Assembly (NCBI RefSeq): GCF_900079115.1
Contig: NZ_LT549890.1
Location: 1 to 24,000 of the forward strand
Direction of reading: 5' to 3'
From: Saccharolobus solfataricus
Lineage (GTDB): Archaea; Thermoproteota; Thermoprotei_A; Sulfolobales; Sulfolobaceae
DNA length: 24,000 nucleotides
A program made the position numbers and the translations under genes. Below, in pieces: positions 1-8,519 of this stretch. Position 1 is the first letter of the stretch, and each line of letters starts with the position of its first letter. The notes beneath the pieces were generated by a model that was not told the origin of the DNA, made no database searches, and was given only the letters and a program-made list of their open reading frames with translations.

Positions 1-35
1 ACAAAAATATATTATAAGACGTGGTATGAAAAATA

Positions 36-1217
36 ATGCTGGATATTCTGCTAATAACGTTAAGTGGTATAGTATCCTCGTGGACTGTGTATAATGGTAT
101 ATTATCAATACTCGGGGTAACGTGGAAACCGTTCGAGAGCAAAAATCATAGTGGAATAACATTTAGTCTGATAGTTCCAGTCAAAAATGAGGAAAGAGTG
201 CTTCCTAGATTATTAGATCGGCTCGTAAATCTAGAATATGACAAGTCTAAATATGAAATAATAGTAGTAGAAGATGGTTCTACTGATAGAACCTTCCAAA
301 TTTGTAAAGAGTACGAGATAAAGTATAACAACCTTATAAGATGCTATAGTCTTCCGAGAGCTAACGTACCGAATGGGAAAAGTAGAGCGTTAAATTTTGC
401 CTTAAGGATTAGTAAGGGAGAAATTATAGGTATATTCGATGGAGATACAGTACCAAGATTAGATATTTTGGAGTACGTTGAACCAAAATTTGAGGATATT
501 ACCGTTGGTGCAGTTCAAGGAAAATTAGTTCCAATAAATGTGAGGGAAAGTGTAACAAGTAGATTAGCTGCTATTGAGGAATTAATATATGAATATTCAA
601 TAGCTGGAAGAGCTAAAGTTGGGCTCTTTGTACCAATTGAAGGAACTTGTTCTTTCATAAGGAAAAGTATAATTATGGAGTTAGGCGGATGGAATGAATA
701 TTCTCTCACTGAAGATCTAGATATTAGCCTCAAAATCGTTAATAAAGGCTGTAAGATCGTTTATTCTCCCACAACTATTAGTTGGAGGGAAGTTCCAGTT
801 AGCTTGAGGGTTTTAATTAGGCAAAGATTAAGATGGTATAGAGGGCATTTAGAAGTGCAATTAGGCAAACTTAGAAAGATCGATTTAAGAATAATAGACG
901 GTATACTAATAGTGCTTACGCCATTCTTTATGGTCTTAAATCTGGTGAATTACTCTCTAGTATTAGTATACTCTTCTTCCCTATACATTGTCGCAGCAAG
1001 CTTAGTTTCTTTAGCCTCTCTGCTTTCATTATTACTTATAATCTTAATAGCAAGGAGACATATGATAGAGTATTTCTATATGATTCCTTCGTTCGTTTAT
1101 ATGAACTTTATTGTCGCACTAAACTTCACTGCAATATTTTTAGAGTTAATAAGAGCACCTAGAGTGTGGGTAAAAACTGAAAGAAGTGCCAAGGTTACGG
1201 GGGAGGTCATGGGATGA
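36..1217 (+). CDS. Family 2 glycosyltransferase (processive, membrane-integrated; NodC/IcaA/cellulose-synthase-like)
   Basis: 393-aa ORF with an N-terminal TM helix and a GT-A core. Motifs: 'VVEDGSTD', DxD 'FDGD', 'TEDLD' and the processive-GT2 signature 'QRLRWYRG' (QxxRW). The C-terminal third is hydrophobic with several TM helices. Confidence 0.85.
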   Translation: MLDILLITLSGIVSSWTVYNGILSILGVTWKPFESKNHSGITFSLIVPVKNEERVLPRLLDRLVNLEYDKSKYEIIVVEDGSTDRTFQICKEYEIKYNNLIRCYSLPRANVPNGKSRALNFALRISKGEIIGIFDGDTVPRLDILEYVEPKFEDITVGAVQGKLVPINVRESVTSRLAAIEELIYEYSIAGRAKVGLFVPIEGTCSFIRKSIIMELGGWNEYSLTEDLDISLKIVNKGCKIVYSPTTISWREVPVSLRVLIRQRLRWYRGHLEVQLGKLRKIDLRIIDGILIVLTPFFMVLNLVNYSLVLVYSSSLYIVAASLVSLASLLSLLLIILIARRHMIEYFYMIPSFVYMNFIVALNFTAIFLELIRAPRVWVKTERSAKVTGEVMG

Positions 1218-1822
1218 TAACTGAATTTTTACTTAAAAAGAAATTAGAAGAACATTTAAGCCATGTAAAGGAAGAGAATACGATATATGTAACAGATTTA
1301 GTAAGATGCCCCAGAAGAGTAAGATATGAGAGTGAATACAAGGAGCTTGCAATCTCTCAGGTTTACGCGCCTTCAGCTATTTTAGGGGACATATTGCATC
1401 TCGGTCTTGAAAGCGTATTAAAAGGGAACTTTAATGCAGAAACTGAAGTTGAAACTCTGAGAGAAATTAACGTCGGAGGTAAAGTTTATAAAATTAAAGG
1501 AAGAGCCGATGCAATAATTAGAAATGACAACGGGAAGAGTATTGTAATTGAGATAAAAACTTCTAGAAGTGATAAAGGATTACCTCTAATTCATCATAAA
1601 ATGCAGCTACAGATATATTTATGGTTATTTAGTGCAGAAAAAGGTATACTAGTTTACATAACTCCAGATAGGATAGCTGAGTATGAAATAAACGAACCTT
1701 TAGATGAAGCAACAATAGTAAGACTTGCAGAGGATACAATAATGTTACAAAACTCACCTAGATTCAACTGGGAATGTAAATATTGCATATTTTCCGTCAT
1801 TTGCCCAGCTAAACTAACCTAA
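1214..1822 (+). CDS. cas4: Cas4-family PD-(D/E)xK (RecB-like) exonuclease with a 4-Cys Fe-S cluster; stand-alone, not CRISPR-linked
   Basis: 202 aa. Contains an N-terminal Cys ('DLVRCPRR'), 'GRADAI', 'IEIKTS' (ExK), 'QLQIY' (QxxxY) and a C-terminal 'CKYCIFSVIC' triad, which is the canonical Cas4/DUF83 layout. The ATG at 1214 overlaps the TGA of the upstream GT2 gene (ATGA). No cas1/cas2 or repeat array is present in the window. Confidence 0.9.
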   Translation: MITEFLLKKKLEEHLSHVKEENTIYVTDLVRCPRRVRYESEYKELAISQVYAPSAILGDILHLGLESVLKGNFNAETEVETLREINVGGKVYKIKGRADAIIRNDNGKSIVIEIKTSRSDKGLPLIHHKMQLQIYLWLFSAEKGILVYITPDRIAEYEINEPLDEATIVRLAEDTIMLQNSPRFNWECKYCIFSVICPAKLT

Positions 1823-1853
1823 AATTAAAATCTCTCATCGATATAATTAAATT

Positions 1854-3056
1854 GTGCACACTAGACCAGTAGTTGCCACAATAGCTGGGAGTGACAGTGG
1901 AGGAGGTGCTGGATTACAGGCTGATCTAAAGACGTTTAGCGCATTAGGAGTTTTTGGTACAACAATAATAACCGGTTTAACAGCACAGAATACAAGAACA
2001 GTTACAAAAGTATTAGAGATACCATTAGATTTCATTGAAGCTCAGTTTGATGCGGTTTGCCTAGATTTACATCCAACTCACGCCAAAACTGGAATGTTAG
2101 CTTCTGGTAAAGTGGTAGAACTTGTACTGAGAAAAATTAGAGAGTATAACATAAAACTAGTTTTAGATCCAGTGATGGTTGCGAAATCTGGATCATTATT
2201 GGTAACAGAGGATATCTCGGAGCAAATAAAAAAGGCGATGAAGGAGGCCATAATATCTACTCCAAACAGATATGAAGCTGAGATAATAAATAAGACAAAG
2301 ATTAATAGTCAAGATGATGTTATAAAAGCGGCAAGGGAAATTTATTCTAAGTATGGGAATGTTGTAGTTAAAGGATTTAATGGAGTAGATTACGCCATAA
2401 TTGACGGAGAAGAAATAGAGTTAAAAGGTGATTACATCAGTACTAAAAATACACATGGTAGTGGAGACGTATTTTCTGCCTCCATAACTGCATATCTTGC
2501 CTTGGGATACAAACTTAAAGATGCATTAATAAGAGCTAAAAAATTCGCTACAATGACAGTCAAATACGGTTTGGACTTAGGAGGAGGATATGGACCAGTA
2601 GATCCCTTTGCCCCTATAGAGTCCATAGTGAAGAGAGAAGAAGGAAGAAATCAGCTAGAAAACTTACTTTGGTACTTAGAGTCTAATCTTAACGTTATAC
2701 TTAAACTAATTAACGATACCTCGAAAGTAAATGTGGCATATATGACAAAGTATAATGATGTATTAAGTTTAGCTGGAGGATTAATAAAATATTTGGACAA
2801 GCTGAAGATTGATGGACCGATACTTAATAATGTAAATAACGAGATAACTAGAATCATGAGAGAAACACCAGATGAGAAAATAGGAATATTATTGCCATTT
2901 ACTGATAAAATATTAGACGCTGCGGAAAAAGGTAAAATAAAATTAAATAAAAGTGGTATTAATGGGGACGCAATACTACGAGATAATATGGTATTAATTA
3001 TAGCCAAGGATAAGGATGAGTTAATAAGAAAGTTAAAAGAGGTAGCTATAGGTTGA
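1854..3056 (+). CDS. thiD: Bifunctional ThiD-ThiN: hydroxymethylpyrimidine/phosphomethylpyrimidine kinase fused to an archaeal thiamine-phosphate synthase (ThiN) domain
   Basis: 400 aa with a GTG start. The N-terminal ~265 aa has the ThiD hallmark '[19 protein letters not shown]' and '[10 protein letters not shown]'. The ~135-aa C-terminal extension matches the ThiDN fusion architecture known in archaea. The ThiN assignment rests on architecture and is less certain than ThiD. Confidence 0.8.
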   Translation: MHTRPVVATIAGSDSGGGAGLQADLKTFSALGVFGTTIITGLTAQNTRTVTKVLEIPLDFIEAQFDAVCLDLHPTHAKTGMLASGKVVELVLRKIREYNIKLVLDPVMVAKSGSLLVTEDISEQIKKAMKEAIISTPNRYEAEIINKTKINSQDDVIKAAREIYSKYGNVVVKGFNGVDYAIIDGEEIELKGDYISTKNTHGSGDVFSASITAYLALGYKLKDALIRAKKFATMTVKYGLDLGGGYGPVDPFAPIESIVKREEGRNQLENLLWYLESNLNVILKLINDTSKVNVAYMTKYNDVLSLAGGLIKYLDKLKIDGPILNNVNNEITRIMRETPDEKIGILLPFTDKILDAAEKGKIKLNKSGINGDAILRDNMVLIIAKDKDELIRKLKEVAIG

Positions 3057-3934
3057 TAATCGTAGTAGGAAGTTACAACGTTGATGTAATATTGAAAGTT
3101 AATAAAATACCTGAAATTGGAGAAACTGTAATAGCTGATGAATTATACATAACGCATGGAGGTAAAGGCTCAAATCAGGCAGTATCAGCTTCAAGATTAG
3201 GAAGCCATGTTAAAATAATCGTTGCAGTGGGAGATGATAAACATGGAACTGATGCGATCGAATTTTGGAAATCAGAAAATATTGACGTATCTAAAGTGAA
3301 AGTAAAGAGTGGTATAAACACTGGAACTGCATATATATTCGTTGACAAGAAAGGAAGAAATATCATTGTTGTAAACAGAGGTGCAAATTACTATTTGTCA
3401 GAAGACGATTTAAATAATAGCCTCGAGGGTGACATATTATTAATGCAATTGGAAATAAGGGAAAGTGTAGTTAAAAAGGCAGCAAAGGAGTTTAACGGAA
3501 TAAAAATACTTAATCCCGCCCCAGCTAACCTTAAAGATACTGAAATTTTGTCATTAGTAGATATTATAACACCTAATGAAATAGAGTTCAAAGAGTTAGT
3601 AAATACTGACGATTTCGAATATGGTTTAAATCTATTGCTAAAGAAAGTAAAAAAGGCGGTGATAGTTACGCTAGGGGAAAGAGGAGCACTTCTGGCAACT
3701 AGAGACGGAAAAAAGGTACTTATACCAGCTCCTAAAGTAAATGTTATCGATGAAACGGGAGCTGGTGACGTATTTAATGCAGCGCTTTCCGTGTATTTAG
3801 AAAAGGGGTATGACCTTGAGACTGCAGTTGAATATGCGAATAAGGTTGCAGCGCTTTCCGTAACTAAGATAGGAGCTTTAGGACCAAAATTAGATGAGGT
3901 GGTGAGATTTCTTGAAGAAATCGACAAAGCGTAA
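3053..3934 (+). CDS. rbsK: Ribokinase / PfkB-family sugar kinase
   Basis: 293 aa. Has 'GGKGSNQAVSASRLG' (ribokinase signature 1) and 'DETGAGDVFNAAL' (PfkB signature 2). The TTG start overlaps the thiDN stop by 4 nt. Confidence 0.85.
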   Translation: MIIVVGSYNVDVILKVNKIPEIGETVIADELYITHGGKGSNQAVSASRLGSHVKIIVAVGDDKHGTDAIEFWKSENIDVSKVKVKSGINTGTAYIFVDKKGRNIIVVNRGANYYLSEDDLNNSLEGDILLMQLEIRESVVKKAAKEFNGIKILNPAPANLKDTEILSLVDIITPNEIEFKELVNTDDFEYGLNLLLKKVKKAVIVTLGERGALLATRDGKKVLIPAPKVNVIDETGAGDVFNAALSVYLEKGYDLETAVEYANKVAALSVTKIGALGPKLDEVVRFLEEIDKA

Positions 3935-3935
3935 A

Positions 3936-4025
3936 ATGAAAAGTGATAGAAAAGAAGAGGAACATTGCATAGCAGGATTTTGTGATCTAGATTTTGTAGA
4001 TATAACGGAGCGAGAGGATCTATGA
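3936..4025 (+). CDS. Possible 29-aa micro-ORF (MKSDRKEEEHCIAGFCDLDFVDITEREDL)
   Basis: My own translation; it is below the ORF-track cutoff. The ATG lies 2 nt after the ribokinase stop. The TGA overlaps the ATG of the next gene (ATGA at 4022-4025), so the ORF fills the whole intergenic gap. There is no homology evidence. Confidence 0.25.
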   Translation: MKSDRKEEEHCIAGFCDLDFVDITEREDL

Positions 4026-4708
4026 AAATTACCTTTATTGGAACTGGAGCTGGTTCTAGTCTAGGGCTAAAAAGGGTTAAGTCCAGTATATTAATTAACG
4101 ATAAAGTACTTCTTGACTTAGGTCCTGGGGCTGAGTTAAGATTAGAAGATCTAAGAATACATCCGAAAGCTCTCTTTATTACTCATTTGCATATTGATCA
4201 TTTCAGTGGAGTTTTTGACTATTTAGTCCAGAGGAAAATAAGACAAATCCCCGAATTAGTAATCTATTCTCCCAAAGGCTTTTCAGAAGTCCTAAACATA
4301 TACACTAGAATAGGAAATAATATTTCGGCTAAAATATATGAAAGCGACTTACCCAGCGGTAAAATTGACGAAATGGAAATATATTCGATTCAAGCTTGTC
4401 ACTCGATTTATGCCGTTAGCTACATTATAAGCGATGGAAATACGAGAGTATTATATACTGGTGATACTAAAGAACCTTGTAATGCTATACTAGAAAACAT
4501 AAAAGATGTTGATTTGATCATTCATGAAACAACTTGTGTAGATGACTGTAGTATTTGGGGACATACTTCAATAAAACAAATATTTGAGTTATTTAGCAAT
4601 AAGAGAATTTTTGCTACACACATTCCGGCCGAAATTGAAGAAAAAATAATAAGCCTTGCTAATAATAAAATAAATATTGCTTTTGACGGGTTGTCATTAA
4701 ATGTGTAG
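4022..4708 (+). CDS. Metallo-beta-lactamase-fold hydrolase (RNase Z / PqqB-like superfamily)
   Basis: 228 aa. Has the HxHxDH motif 'HLHIDH', downstream 'H' and 'GD' ('YTGDT') metal ligands, and 'HET...H'. Confidence 0.75.
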   Translation: MKITFIGTGAGSSLGLKRVKSSILINDKVLLDLGPGAELRLEDLRIHPKALFITHLHIDHFSGVFDYLVQRKIRQIPELVIYSPKGFSEVLNIYTRIGNNISAKIYESDLPSGKIDEMEIYSIQACHSIYAVSYIISDGNTRVLYTGDTKEPCNAILENIKDVDLIIHETTCVDDCSIWGHTSIKQIFELFSNKRIFATHIPAEIEEKIISLANNKINIAFDGLSLNV

Positions 4709-5423
4709 AATTTTGGCTTTTCATACTAAGGGCGAAATTTCAAAAGAATACGTAAATGCATTAATAAGGGCAAGTAGAAATGATATTTTCTCTAAATATG
4801 GAAGTCATCCAGATGGATGGGGTCTAAGTATATTTCTCAAGAGAAATGATAAATGGAAGGTAATTTATTATAGATCAGAAGATCCAATATATGAGGATCC
4901 TAACATCAGTTATCTAATTGATATTGCCAAGGGAGAGGACATAGTTGGAGTTATTCATGCAAGAAAAGCCGGTAGGAAATTTCTTACCGGACTATCTCAC
5001 GCTCATCCCTATTACATGCGAGCAAACATCTATGATCTCTACTTTGCTCATAATGGTTCAGTTAGTAGAACAAGCTTTAAAGATAGCAATAGACCATTCA
5101 CAGATAGCTATCTAATTCTAGAAGAGATTAAGACTTTAATAGAGAGTAATATGTCTCCATTTGACGCGTATGCAATAACTCTAGATAAACTGAAGGACTG
5201 TTCTACGAGCTTAAATTCAAGTTTGATTTATTACAATAAGAAGGAAGGACCCTCTATTCTAATTGGATATTATTATAATAGGAATAGATTATCAAAAGAG
5301 ACTAATGAAGAGTATTACAAGCTATATACAGACAATAAAAGATACATCTTTTCATCAACAATAAAATATTATCTAGGAGTAGATGCAGAGGAACTTATAA
5401 TGGGAAGTATTATACATCTTTAA
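4701..5423 (+). CDS. Class II (Ntn-type) glutamine amidotransferase-like protein (YafJ/EgtC-like)
   Basis: 240 aa beginning 'MCRILAF' (catalytic Cys2 after Met removal), with 'HARKA' and 'FAHNGS' motifs. It overlaps the MBL gene by 8 nt. Confidence 0.7.
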   Translation: MCRILAFHTKGEISKEYVNALIRASRNDIFSKYGSHPDGWGLSIFLKRNDKWKVIYYRSEDPIYEDPNISYLIDIAKGEDIVGVIHARKAGRKFLTGLSHAHPYYMRANIYDLYFAHNGSVSRTSFKDSNRPFTDSYLILEEIKTLIESNMSPFDAYAITLDKLKDCSTSLNSSLIYYNKKEGPSILIGYYYNRNRLSKETNEEYYKLYTDNKRYIFSSTIKYYLGVDAEELIMGSIIHL

Positions 5424-5464
5424 GAGGTATAAATTCTTAAGCATGAAGATTATAATATTTATTT

Positions 5465-6313
5465 ATGAAGGAGAGTCTCATAGAAGCAAAAGTTATGGAT
5501 TATGGTAAACTAAAGGACATTCAAAAGGAAATTTTATATTACAAGCTCTATGTTGACGCATTGAAAAAGAAAGGGATTAAGGAAAAAGTGGACCCACCCC
5601 CTACCTTGCCCAAATCTATTGTATCTTCAGTGCTCACTGGAGGAATCCCTAGAGATGGCCCACTACAGATAGAATTAGTTAGTAATGATGTAGTAAAGAT
5701 AAAGGAGTATAACACTTTAGTAAAAATACAGAGTGATTCTAGGCTACCGTTATATGCCATAGTAGAGTACAGGGATACTGATATAAGGGTTTATTTAGCT
5801 TATCGAGAGAATCCTAGCATAGTTGGATTAGACCTAGGCTTACGGCATCTAATAACAATTGTTGCAATAAAAGATACCAAACCATGGAAAGTGAGATTCT
5901 TTGATGAGCCTAAACTTATGGAGAAATTTGCAAATTTCTTAAGTGAAAATCAAGGAATTATTAAGTTAGAAGAAATGAAGAGTAACGCTAAAAGAATTAT
6001 TTACGAAGCTGTAAGCTTTATTGAAGATTTAGAACCAAAAGTAGTTGCGATGGAGAATTTGGAATATTTTGAGACCAAAACGGGTAAAGGATTAAGAGCT
6101 TTACAGAATATGCTAGAGAACGAAATACGAAGAAGAGGTATTAGATATAGAAAAATAGACCCATATAACACATCAAGGGTATGTGCAAAGTGTGGATACA
6201 AGAAAGGTGAAATATTAGGCTCGCTATTTGTATGTCCAGCATGTGGATATAAAGCGGATAGAGATTATAACGCAGCATATAATATAGCACTAAAATGTTA
6301 TTACACTTGCTAA
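5465..6313 (+). CDS. Compact TnpB-like (IS200/IS605 OrfB family) RuvC nuclease with Zn ribbon; no TnpA partner
   Basis: 282 aa. RuvC-I 'VGLDLG' (D123), RuvC-II 'VVAMENL' (E197), Zn ribbon 'CAKCG...CPACG' (C240/C243/C257/C260), RuvC-III 'ADRDYNAAYNIA'. The region N-terminal to RuvC-I is only ~120 aa. A TATA-like 'GTATAAATT' sits at 5426-5434. Confidence 0.8.
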   Translation: MKESLIEAKVMDYGKLKDIQKEILYYKLYVDALKKKGIKEKVDPPPTLPKSIVSSVLTGGIPRDGPLQIELVSNDVVKIKEYNTLVKIQSDSRLPLYAIVEYRDTDIRVYLAYRENPSIVGLDLGLRHLITIVAIKDTKPWKVRFFDEPKLMEKFANFLSENQGIIKLEEMKSNAKRIIYEAVSFIEDLEPKVVAMENLEYFETKTGKGLRALQNMLENEIRRRGIRYRKIDPYNTSRVCAKCGYKKGEILGSLFVCPACGYKADRDYNAAYNIALKCYYTC

Positions 6314-6315
6314 TA

Positions 6316-7299
6316 CTAAATACTCCAATAATTCCTCAAAATATTCTTCTCTTCACTCAGATAATTCATAAATCTGGATCTCACCGAATCGTTTGACTGA
6401 TATTTTTTATACTCCATTTTTATGTTTGCAAATCCTTCTAAAAACGCCTTTAAACCTTTTATTAAACCTTTATCGTAGCCCCCCTCTAAAACTGCATACT
6501 TTTTAGTGAATTTATTACTGAGTACTCCAAAACTATAGAATGTGTATTCAGTAGCGTTCACTGATGCTAGACCGTCGCCCATGTAAGAGTCAAATCCAGC
6601 AGAATAAGCGATAACTGCTGGTTTGAAGTCATCTAAAATTGCCTGGATAATTGGAATTAATTCCTCATATAAATCGTCACTACCTAAAGGAGGAATTAGT
6701 AAGTTAATCTTCGTCCCTTCTGCATCTTTCTCGCCTATCATATCTGGGAAACCGTTTCCAGGATAGATAGTTCTAGGATCTTGATGCACATCAATATGCA
6801 AAATATCTGGATCATCATAAAAAATCTCTTGAGTGCCATTGCCGTAATGCACATCAAAATCAATAATTGCAACTCTCTTTAGCTTGTACTTCTTAATGGG
6901 ATATGCTACATTATTAAAAATGCAAAAACCTAGGGTAGGAGCACCAAACGCTCTACCGTTAACTCCAGCGTGATGACCAGGTGGCCTAACTAATGCAAAA
7001 CCATTAGTCTCAAATGCCTCTAATGCACCACCCATTGCATAAAGTGCGGACTCATAGGTGTACCTATTAGTATAAGTATCTTCGTCTAAGTTCTCTTCTA
7101 ATTTGGAGTGTTTTTCAACTAATTTAACGTAATCTTCCGAATGTATTATTTGTGGATCATCAACTTTAATAGGTTTTTTGAACTTAACCTTAAGTTGATT
7201 AATTGCAGATAATGCCTTGTCTATTCTACTGGGATTCTCAACGTGATACCCCTTTGGAGCATGATACTTGTATATATCATCATAAACAATAGTTATCAT
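6316..7299 (-). CDS. Histone deacetylase-family Zn-dependent deacetylase (AcuC / acetylpolyamine amidohydrolase-like)
   Basis: 327 aa. Has 'RPPGHHA', 'DFDVHYGNGTQ' and 'LEGGY', the diagnostic arginase/deacetylase-fold motifs. Its stop lies 2 nt from the convergent TnpB-like stop. Confidence 0.85.
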   Translation of the reverse strand: MITIVYDDIYKYHAPKGYHVENPSRIDKALSAINQLKVKFKKPIKVDDPQIIHSEDYVKLVEKHSKLEENLDEDTYTNRYTYESALYAMGGALEAFETNGFALVRPPGHHAGVNGRAFGAPTLGFCIFNNVAYPIKKYKLKRVAIIDFDVHYGNGTQEIFYDDPDILHIDVHQDPRTIYPGNGFPDMIGEKDAEGTKINLLIPPLGSDDLYEELIPIIQAILDDFKPAVIAYSAGFDSYMGDGLASVNATEYTFYSFGVLSNKFTKKYAVLEGGYDKGLIKGLKAFLEGFANIKMEYKKYQSNDSVRSRFMNYLSEEKNILRNYWSI

Positions 7300-7340
7300 T
7301 TAGCCTATCTTTTTATAACACGTCTATTTAAGTTTAAAAC
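7300..7340. promoter_or_regulatory. 41-bp bidirectional promoter region with two TATA-like boxes
   Basis: 'TTTTTATAA' (7310-7318) lies ~25 nt upstream of the + strand ATG at 7341. 'CTATTTAAG' (7323-7331; minus-strand reading CTTAAATAG) lies ~25 nt upstream of the minus-strand ATG at 7299. This spacing implies both mRNAs are leaderless, as is common in Sulfolobales. Confidence 0.5.
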
Positions 7341-8396
7341 ATGAATCGAATACAGAGAGTACAAAAAGAATTGGAGAGAGCTAATGCAGATTACTTAATA
7401 ACTGGCACTACTAGCAATATGTACTATTTAATAGGATTTTCTGAGGAACAAATGGAAAGGCCACTTTTACTTTTCATTACCAGAGACGATTATTTTCTAC
7501 TTGTACCAAAACTTTATGAGGAGCAATTAAAGCAATTTCCGCTTATCGTCTACAGAGACGGAGAGGATCCTTACTCCAAGCTAAATTTGAAGGAAAATTC
7601 TAATGTTTTAATTGACGATACAACCTTCTCGCTATTTACTATAGAAATACTAAATAGATTCAAACCTGGAAGAATAGGCAGAGCCTCACGTATATTGGGA
7701 AAGCTTAGACAAGTAAAGGATGATGAGGAATTAGAAAAAATGGAGAAAGGTGTTAAGAAAGCGGAACAACTTATTTTAGAATTTGTATCGAACATAAAGG
7801 AAAATATGACAGAGTGCCAAATAGAGAGAAAATTAAAGAGTTTCTTGATCGAAGAGGCGGGTAATATATCGTTTGATCCAATAGTAACCTCCGGTCCTAA
7901 CTCTTCTATGCCTCACTTAAGATGTAGTGATAAAAAGGTAAAACGAGGTGAGGCAATAGTTATAGATTATGGGATAAAGCATGATGGCTACTCTACTGAC
8001 ACCACAAGAGTGTTCTCCTTAGGTAAACCTAATGATCCTTTAATTTTAGAAATTGTCGAAATTGTTAAAACTGCGAATGAAGAGGCTGAAAAGCATGTAA
8101 GAGAAGGTATGAGAGCAAAGGAAATTGACTATTTTGCTAGAGAAGTCATAACTAATAAAGGGTATGGGGACTATTTTATTCACAGAACTGGACATGGTAT
8201 AGGAATCGACGTTCATGAAGATCCATATATTTCGCCGGATAACGATGATGTAATAGAGCAAAATATGGTGTTTACTATAGAGCCTGGAATTTATCTACCA
8301 GGCAAATTTGGGATAAGGATAGAAGACGAAGTAGTAGTAAAAAAAGGTTATGGGAAAACACTAAACATGTTACAAAAAGAATTATACATTATATAA
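7341..8396 (+). CDS. pepQ: Xaa-Pro dipeptidase / M24B family metallopeptidase
   Basis: 351 aa with a creatinase-like N-domain and a pita-bread catalytic domain. Motifs: 'DYG...DGYSTDTTR', 'HRTGHGIGIDVHE', 'EPGIY', 'RIEDEV'. Confidence 0.85.
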   Translation: MNRIQRVQKELERANADYLITGTTSNMYYLIGFSEEQMERPLLLFITRDDYFLLVPKLYEEQLKQFPLIVYRDGEDPYSKLNLKENSNVLIDDTTFSLFTIEILNRFKPGRIGRASRILGKLRQVKDDEELEKMEKGVKKAEQLILEFVSNIKENMTECQIERKLKSFLIEEAGNISFDPIVTSGPNSSMPHLRCSDKKVKRGEAIVIDYGIKHDGYSTDTTRVFSLGKPNDPLILEIVEIVKTANEEAEKHVREGMRAKEIDYFAREVITNKGYGDYFIHRTGHGIGIDVHEDPYISPDNDDVIEQNMVFTIEPGIYLPGKFGIRIEDEVVVKKGYGKTLNMLQKELYII

Positions 8397-8519
8397 TTTC
8401 GGCCATAATTTTTTAATTTCAGAATTTCTCTTCAAATGGTAATATTACATCTATGGTCGTTCTTAGTACTATAAAGAACGGAAGAAGGAAAACACTTAAA
8501 AGCATTTAGATATATCTTT

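Noticed and set aside
1214-1822. Cas4 taken as a marker of a CRISPR-cas locus in this window
   Set aside because: No repeat-spacer array and no cas1, cas2 or effector genes occur anywhere in the 24 kb. The flanking genes are metabolic. It is a stand-alone Cas4 homologue.
146-3927. Antisense ORFs nested in the GT2, thiDN and ribokinase genes (146-331, 515-733, 1847-2035, 2432-2626, 2651-3007, 3175-3366, 3391-3927)
   Set aside because: Each lies wholly inside a longer ORF that has clear family motifs. Their translations are S/I/L/F-rich and low in complexity, as expected for the reverse frame of AT-rich coding DNA. They are shadow ORFs.
7727-7734. Additional C-box-like RUGAUGA strings inside coding regions (e.g. 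GATGATGA at ~7727; minus-strand ATGATGA at 14892-14898, ~1591 and ~6820; CTGATGA at ~3134)
   Set aside because: None has a CUGA D or D' box at the required 12-nt spacing, nor a second box pair. They are chance occurrences within CDSs.
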